NCBI RefSeq assembly: GCF_006345805.1
Contig: NC_043002.1
Span: forward strand, 99,076,001-99,140,000
From: Octopus sinensis
Taxonomy: Eukaryota
Direction of reading: 5' to 3'
Length of the DNA stretch: 64,000 nt
The position numbers were made by a program, and so were the translations under genes. The notes below the pieces were generated by a model that saw only the letters and a program-made list of their open reading frames with translations, was not told the origin of the DNA and did not search any database. Position 1 is the stretch's first letter. Each line of letters begins with the position of its first letter. Below, piece by piece: positions 55,817 through 64,000 of this stretch.

Positions 55817-56716
55817 CGAAGTGGCATCAAAATATTCCCAGGCTAGTTCTGCAATGCGGCAACGGTTGGAACATGCGTGCGCAGTAATCTTCGTGAGGCA
55901 GTGAAGTGAGTGGTATAGCTGTGTTTACTTCGCAAGTTGTGAAATTTGTGCTTTTGTGATCATGTGTATGCTGTGGTCAGCGATTTTGTCATAGGCAGGA
56001 ACAAAGAGCCTGCGCGAAACTTTGCGTTAAACTTGCAAGGTCAGCTGCGAAGACACTGAACATGCTTCGACAAGCTTACAGCGACGAGGCAATGGGTCGT
56101 ACGCAATGTTTCGAGTGGTATGGGCGCTTCAAAAGCGGAAAATACCTCCCTGGAGGATGATGTGCGATCTGGAAGATTTACCAGAAGCGTCACCCCCCCA
56201 AAACAGGGTATTGTGCATCAAGAATTCGTCTCCCAGAACCAGACCATCTATTGAGAGTTCTGCAGCGACTTTTTGAAGAGTTCGAAGGAGGATTTTCGGC
56301 GAAAGCGACTGGATCGGTGGAGCGCAAAGAATTGGGTTCTTCACGATCACTATGCACCCTGTCACCGAGCTCTCCCCAGTCGTGTGTTTCTCTCCCAAAA
56401 CAACATGATATCGCTTCTGCACCTGCCCTATTCGCCAGATTTAGTATCTGCGGAATTCCATCTCTCCTGGAGAGGAAAATGCACCTCAAAGGTCGCCATT
56501 TTAACACTGTTGTCGAGATCAAGAACGAATCGCGGAGGGTACTCGATTCGCAAGCGGAAAACGACTTCCAGGCCAGATTCCAAAGTGGCAGGCACGTTGG
56601 GACCGGTATATTGTTGCGCAAGGTGACTATTTCGAAGGAAGTGATGTTAAATCTCATGTAAATAAGTTATTTTTTAATACACAAAACTAGTTCGGAAACT
56701 TTTTGGTACCTCCTCT
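55817..56716 (+). mobile_element. Mariner with both TIRs and TA target duplication, internally deleted
   Basis: EQRA..K.CVKL..SAAKTLNMLRQAYSDEAMGRTQCFEWYGRFKSG; NWVLHDHYAPCH; LPYSPDL; AQGDYFEG. TA at 55815-55816 and 56717-56718 with matching ~30-bp TIRs. Confidence 0.9.
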
Positions 56717-57019
56717 TACAAACATGCACTGAGCGCAAACTCACACAGAGACACAGATACACACACTCTCACACACACAACCAGGCAGACACACACACAC
56801 AACCAGGCAGACACGAACATTTCTAGGGTGCAGATGTGCAGCAGGTATGTGAGAAAAGTTTGAAGAGTTGTTAATATGTATAAAATGTCACTGCTTGAAA
56901 GCGCAGTTACATAGAAGACTTAAAGTTGACGACAAATATTTAACACTTCGAAAGAAATATAAGTAGGGGAGATAATTCGTTAGACTTGAAGAAAAGAACC
57001 AAAGATTTAAGATAGGCAT

Positions 57020-57312
57020 ACAGATATGAGCGATCAGAACCGATATTATTTTAAAAGAGATTTAGATTTTTGTACACTGTCTTTCATGAATCAATAAATG
57101 ATTTTGAAAAAGAACCTGTCGTCTTTTTGGAATAGCTACAAGGTAACTCATGGATAAATTATTATGTACGGTCATTCATTATCGGAGCGATAGGAACTGT
57201 GAAGTAGACTATAAAATAACATCAAAAAGTTCCCTCGCGTGCTTTAGTGGAGTTTGGAAGACTGCACTCTTTGGAAATGTCTAAATATGCTACGTAAAAC
57301 ATTATCTGGAAA
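57020..57312 (+). mobile_element. Decayed R4/Dong-type LINE restriction-like endonuclease tail (tentative)
   Basis: Remnants RTDIILKE (RPDIIL-like), IIGAIGTV, KTALFGN..MLRKTLS. Confidence 0.5.
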
Positions 57313-57397
57313 GTAAAACGAAGAAAAAATATATGAAAGTCTAACAGCCATATCTACACTAAGCTACTAGAAATGTTGTGATAGAATGGATTACACG

Positions 57398-57794
57398 TAC
57401 TTTACTCTTTTAATCTTTTACTTGTTTCAGTTATTTGACTGCGGCCATGCTGGAGCACCGCCTTTAGTCAAGCAAATCGACCTCGGGACTTATTGTTTGT
57501 AAGCCCAGTACTTATTCTATCCGTCTCTTTTGCCGAACCGCTAAGTTACGGGAAAGTAAACACACCAGCATCGGTTGTCAAGCGATGGTGGGGGGAATAC
57601 ACGCATAAATACACACACATATATATACATACGACAGGCTTCTTTCAGTTTCCGTCTACCAAATCCACTCACAAGATATTGGTCGGCCCGAGGCTATAGC
57701 AGAAGACACTTGCCCAAGATGCCACGCAGTGGGACTGAACCTAGAACCATGTGGTTGGTTAGCAAGCTACTTACCACACAGCCACTCCTGCGCC
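57398..57794 (-). mobile_element. SINE family A, full length
   Basis: Colinear with the other family A copies from head GGCGCAGGAGTGGCTG to the AAAGAGTA tail. Confidence 0.9.
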
Positions 57795-58077
57795 TCTTCG
57801 TGATAAATTTTTATCATGGGGCAAGTCCAGGCTTTTGCAAATTACCCAGTGAATATATTGTGCAGATGAATTTTAATAATCCCTTCTACTAAAAGCACAA
57901 GGCCTGGAATCTCTTTTTCTTTGGTGGGTAGGGGGTAGTCGGTTACATCTAACCCAGTGCTTAACTGGTATGTATTTCATCGATCCTGAAAGACAAATCA
58001 ATCTCGACGGAATTTGAACTCAGAACATAAGGTTGGATGTTATGCCGCCAAGTATTCTACAAGCTCGCTACCTTATT

Positions 58078-58161
58078 GATAATGATGATGATGATAATGA
58101 TAATAATGATGATGATGATAATGATAATAATAATAATATTAATAATAATAATAATGATGAC

Positions 58162-58226
<65 letters not shown>

Positions 58227-58245
58227 TGATGATGATGATAACAAC
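58078..58245. repeat. (AAT)n/(GAT)n microsatellite inside a family B SINE remnant
   Basis: Directly visible. Confidence 0.9.
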
Positions 58246-59309
58246 AATCCTTTCTCCTATAGGCGTAAGGCCTGAAATTTCGTGAAAGGATTTAGTGGAT
58301 TACATCAACTAACGGAATGGTGAACATCGGTGGGATTTGCGCTTAGAAAATATAGAACCGTAATTAATACAGCGAAAGAAATTCTGAAGCCCAGTGATTA
58401 TGCACATAATACAAGGACTCATATATTAGTGCAAGTTGCGATGTCCATTTAAACGAACCTAGATGTATGATGTATTTATTTCTTTGAAAATGAAAGACTA
58501 TAAAGTACAGTCGAACTGGTTAAGATTTAAAGAAATAAATATAACATTAATATTTTTTTGTTTTCTCGGTATGAATTTGCCCCCCGTTTTAATTACTAAT
58601 TTGCTAAAATTCAATCACATCATTTATAATGAAACCAAAGCGTCTGTATGACAATCTAGCGTTCGACTACTAAAGCACAAAGGCACATCATAATAATATT
58701 AATCATAATACTAACCGCTAAAACTCTACTTGAATTTAAATCAATATAAAAAAATTAGTATGGTCTTAAATAATTGGGCAAACTTACTCCAAGAAAATGC
58801 TTCTAAAAGGTAATTAATTTTACGCTGTAATGAAGAAATGGAGAAGACAAAAGATAAATTGATTAAAACTTACAGTTTTTGCCACTCGCTTTAATTATTA
58901 ACTCGCTACAATTAGCTTGCGTCGCCTAGTAATGGAATACAGGCATTTGTGTGAGAACTGAGTATTTCACACCTCTAGTACAGGTGCATAGTACAACTAA
59001 CTATAACAACAACTAAAACTGTACTTGTGTTCAAACAGATATCAAATTATATATGTGATTAGGCAACGGTGTATAAGTTAATTTTAGAAAAGACTTTCAA
59101 AAGGCAATTGCTTTTAGGCAGTAAAGAGCAGAGAACAGATTAGATTAAAGCCCCAAAACGTCAAGCTAGATCTGGACATTTAAGTAAAGTAATTTGACTA
59201 GATGCATCTAAACAGCTACTTTGAAGTAGATATAGCTTACAATACACTTTAATGATATATGAAATTAGGAAAGAATATTACAGAAAAGACTAATATTGGT
59301 TTTAAATTT

Positions 59310-59690
59310 CGGCACAAGTCCAAGAAATTCGGAGGAGGGGCTAGTCCATTAGATCGACTCTAGTGCTAAACTAGTATTTTATCGATCCCGAAGGACGAAA
59401 GGCAACCTCAGTGAAATACGAACTCGGAACGTAAAGACGGACGAAATACCTATTTCTTTACTACCCACAAGGGGATAAACACAGAGAGGACAATCAAGGA
59501 CAGACAAACGGATTAAGTCGATTATATCGATCCCAGTGCGTAACTGGTACTTATTTAATCGACCCCGAAAGGATGAAAGGCAAAGTCGACCTCGGCGGAA
59601 ATTGAACTCAGAACGTAGCGGCAGACGAAATACCGTTAAGCACTTTGCCCGGCTTACTAACGATTATGTTAGCTTGCAGTCTTATAAGTC
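59310..59690 (-). mobile_element. SINE family B, tandem (dimer) copy
   Basis: Two central domains joined at GACGAAATAC|CTATTTCTTTACTACCC. Confidence 0.8.
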
Positions 59691-61399
59691 TAATATTAAC
59701 AAACTTGCTGGCCTTATAGCAAAATTTGAAATCAATATTAATGAACTTCATGCGAACAATAAAACTATATGTATAGATTATATTACCCGTTCCAGTCAGT
59801 GGACGTAGTTTCGATATAATAAATTGGAAATCAAGTGAACTGAGTAAAATGTATGATAAAGTATAGCCAGCTAAATAATCGGTATGTTGCGACCCAACGT
59901 TTTAGAATATTACTGTTAAAGCACACTTTTTTTAACTAATGTATACAGAGAGGAAAGGGCAGCCACCATGATCCTTTAGGCTTCATAGCATCGGTAATTG
60001 GTTAGAGGCAAGAACGAATTTCTGCTCAAATTAGAAATCTAGCCTGTATACTTGCAGTTGATTAAACTACACTGATGGCACCTAAGGGAAACGTGGTGGT
60101 GGCGTCAAATGTTATGTTTAGCAATCACGAACTCAGAGAGCAAAAAGACATTTATCTCGTCTGATGCGCTAAAAAGTTGTTTGATCCAGTACTTGCCATG
60201 TATTCTAAAAGGATAGAAGTCAAAGAGGACCACCGTAGGATTAGCTCTCAGTTTCCAGAGAGTTGGAACAGATTCCACGATAACGACGCTACTAATTCAC
60301 CACCTACAGCATTACACAGTTAAAAATAAAGCTGAACGTTACCACTGTATAAGGAAAGGAAAATAATCAATACATGGGATTTTAGATTTAAAACGGTACA
60401 ATAATATTGGTGCAATTATAATTAACGAAACTTTGCGTGCGGCATATATTGATCTTTACGACTATAAGTTATTTTATGTAGTTATTTGTTTTGCAAATTG
60501 CAGGAATTCCTATAATTGACTTAAAATCTCTCAGCTCGAGAGATATGGATCTGTATGCAACTATAAGGGCTAAAGTTTAATTAACATTAGTATAGGTTAA
60601 TAGTTGGTGGGAAGATGTAAACGGCCAGTGTTTAAAACAGCACGTTTTGAGGAAGATGAAATGATCACAGTATTCAGTACAATGTCAATGTAGTGTGTGA
60701 TTCAATGAAGGCAGGTGCTTTCAGATGATAACGACAGAAACAAAGTGGATGCAGTGCTTGGAATGAGTTGGCACTAAGATCTGTCTAATAGATAGCGTTT
60801 CTTTTGATTTGCTGTTCTAATTTTAAGAGTGTCACAAGTGAAACAAGACTTTCAGATATGAGAAAGATCATACTCTTGTGCAGAATGATATTCGTAATTA
60901 GCAGACTGTTGCAAGTTGATTATGGTACAGTGGCTTTATGGAAAGTTATAGAAAATATTCACGTCTAATTTTTGTGTAGAATGTACTGAGCTGTATAATG
61001 TTGAAAAATATCAGTTTTATACTTGAATCAGGGGTGGCCCTGTCTTTTACTAGGCTTCTATACCTGGTAGAAGGAAGGGAGAATGTTATCTTCAAAACAA
61101 AGGCTTGGCCCAAATGCTTGAAATAGGGAAGATTTCACCGAAAGCACCTAAGAAATAGGATATGGGGGTTAAATAGGATGATGCATTACGTCTAAAACTC
61201 AAAAGCACAACACCCAAATTGTCGTCATACATGCCCAGCATTCGTTTGCAATGAATTAGAGTTTATCTAACTGTGCATAATATTAGTATTTGATAAAGCA
61301 ATTCTAGTATTTCAGTACTATTATCCCATGATCATGAGACTAACCAGACTATTGGGTGCTGTTATATGTCGCTGGTCACAATGCACTTCTCAGCGTTTT

Positions 61400-61600
61400 A
61401 GCTTTCGAACGATGCTACCCAGCTGGCTAGACGAGCGGACCAGCATCCCTCATAATCGAAAAACTTCTTCATCACAGTGGGCTCATGTAACGTGAAATGA
61501 AGTGCTTCGCTCAAGAACACAACGCACCGCGTGATTCGGTAATCGAACACACGATCAAGCAATCGTGAGTCCAACATCCTCATCAGCCTAACACTCAGCC
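61400..61600 (-). mobile_element. Old family C-like SINE
   Basis: Minus strand GTGGCTGAGTGTTAGG..GTTCGATTACCG..CGTTGTGTTCTTGAGCGAAGCACTTCATTTCACGTT. Confidence 0.6.
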
Positions 61601-62145
61601 ACAATTTTTTTTACACAAAGCTTGCAATATTTACATAAATTATATCTATGTATCCAAAAAGAATTACTTTTACATTAGTACAGTCTTTTGTTTTAAAATC
61701 TTAATGAGTCATGGTTGTATTCAAAACGGCTATTCTCAATATAATACACTGTTTAATGTTTGCTGAAATTCTATAATTCTATACTGAAAAATTAGTGAAG
61801 TGAAATTTCTGAATATAACTATCAGTATGAACAAAAACATAATTAATAAAGACGCAACTTATTTTGTACACACGTACACATACATACACACGTGGACACA
61901 CTCGCACGCACAAAGACACACACACACACACGTACACCAGCTCCTCTATTGGCAAAAAATCATGAAATAAAACTGGATAATGTACTACGTACACACATAC
62001 ATACATAAATACATACACACATGCATACATAATACATACATACATACATACATACATACATACATACATACATACATACATACATAATACATACATACAT
62101 ACATACATACATACATACATACATACATACATACATACATACATG

Positions 62146-62628
62146 TGTGTCCTCAATAGAGTGTCCTCAGAAATGACAAGTATAGTAATGAAGCTACCAT
62201 CCTGAAGCATAGCCTCTGGTGGTCAGGACATGTCACTAGAATGACCCCTCCAAGATTCCACAAAACTCGTCGATGGTAAGCGATATCGAGGAACCACAGA
62301 ACGCAGATTAAAAGAACAACTGAAGTCTGTCCTCCCTCAAGCCGGCATCAACCGTAACACCTGGGAAACAGAAGTCGCCAACTGTCCATCCTGGCGAAGG
62401 GCAATTCATCTCGGCTCTTTTACTTTTGAGGAGAAGAGAATAATTGACAAAGAAGCAAGACGGCAACGCAAGTCCTGGCTACTCCAACAAAGCCCATCGC
62501 CCTCCCTACCATGCCATCAATGGCCGAGATTGCTCCATTCCAGACTTGGCCGTCTGAGCCATGTCAATTTTAAGCATCATGGAGGTACTAGATGAACCAA
62601 AATCGGACTCGAGTGGTGCTGATGAAGA
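62146..62628 (+). mobile_element. RTE-clade LINE 3' remnant
   Basis: ATILKHSLWWSGHVTRM..GKR..R.KEQLK..AGIN..TWET....SWRRAIH.G..FEEKR. Confidence 0.8.
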
Positions 62629-62816
62629 TATTAATATAGGGAGGGGGAAGGCTAATATCTTAAGACTATAATAATGCACTGTAATATATAATTTTACAAG
62701 TTATATAAATCAGACCGATTTTGATCATTTTCGTCTTTCAATTTAATATAATAAATTGAATATAGTATATATAATGTGTAATGCTTCATATCAAATGTAT
62801 GTGCGTCTATCTATCC

Positions 62817-62912
<96 letters not shown>

Positions 62913-63518
62913 GTCTGTCTGTCTGTCTGTATGTATGTCTGTCTGTCTGCCCATCTATCTATCAAGAGTAGAGAGGGAAGTTTTGTCTAGTGAATGTTTA
63001 AAAAAAAAGAGATGTATGTATGTAAGAAGGAGGGCAAACTGTGAATGACGGAGCCAGCTTTAGCACAATCCTATGAACCAAAAGAAACAAAAAAGCGAAA
63101 GGAAAAAGAGACAAACTTCCTGTAATGTGTTTTCTTTTGCATGACACTATTGCTCAAGGTTCCCGTGGTCTTTTCTGTAGGCTTTTCTATCCACGGACAA
63201 ACCTAATCTGTTTTCCCTTTTTACATTGACCTTTCTGTGGTACAAGATCTCTATTGATCGGCCCCACCTTTTTTTCACGACCCCTTTGATCGCGATTCCC
63301 TCCTTTTTTTTCACGACCCCTTTTGATTGGAATTCGCCCCTCTTCCCCACCCTCCTTTTCTTCTTCCCAAAAAGAAAACCTCTACTTTATATTTTGTCCC
63401 TTCTGTGTTTAGCTTTGCGTAACCAATAAAGAAATCTATCTACCTATCTATCTATCTAAACACATGCAAATACATAGACCTATATGCATATATATATATA
63501 TATGACTATATAAAATGA

Positions 63519-63596
<78 letters not shown>

Positions 63597-64000
63597 GTAA
63601 ATATCAACGTGAAACTTAAACAGAATTTTCATTTTCTCATAGATAAACGTGCAAGTGATATTTGAGTCGAACATAGACTGAATAAGTTTATTTCTTGGTG
63701 AAAATTCATTAGCCAGTGTTGAATACATTCATCAAATTGCTATCACAAAGAAAAGAAAACTAAACTACATATGAGAATACTGTAAGATAATACAATGATT
63801 GACGTATGTAAATCAATTGAAATAACTTACTTCACATGTTTCTAGTCTCTTGACAGGATGGTACTAGGTTCCATTTCTCAGAGTGTTAATCATGTATTAT
63901 ATATGCATACATGAATGAAAATGACAGGTGGATTAATCGATTCATCAGTGGTTTCATGGTATTGTCAGTTCATTCATTTAGGATGGAACGAATTGTATTC

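Overview
Eukaryotic, AT-rich, repeat-saturated DNA with no host protein-coding exon that I can support. It is most likely a large intron or intergenic region of an octopus-like cephalopod; this is an inference from the tRNA-derived SINE families and the microsatellite load. Most listed ORFs are microsatellite or antisense artefacts. The real content is: three tRNA-headed SINE families with many copies, some with TSDs; short non-autonomous Helitrons (5'-TC ... hairpin-CTAG-3', A/T target); five decayed Tc1/mariner transposons; two RTE LINE pieces; an RNase H-bearing I/Ingi-type LINE; a probable R4/Dong remnant; and several Penelope-like (PLE) fragments. The most notable observations are: (1) a tRNA-headed SINE whose 3' half carries a degenerate minimal hammerhead-ribozyme fold, i.e. 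a candidate PLE-mobilised SINE; (2) a second minimal hammerhead in a PLE-terminus-like repeat; (3) a clean twin-priming (5' inversion) signature in an I/Ingi-type LINE; (4) local templated duplications, including a 2.3-kb foldback that may be an assembly artefact; (5) a Helitron with stacked 5' ends. Family names come from motif recall, not database searches.
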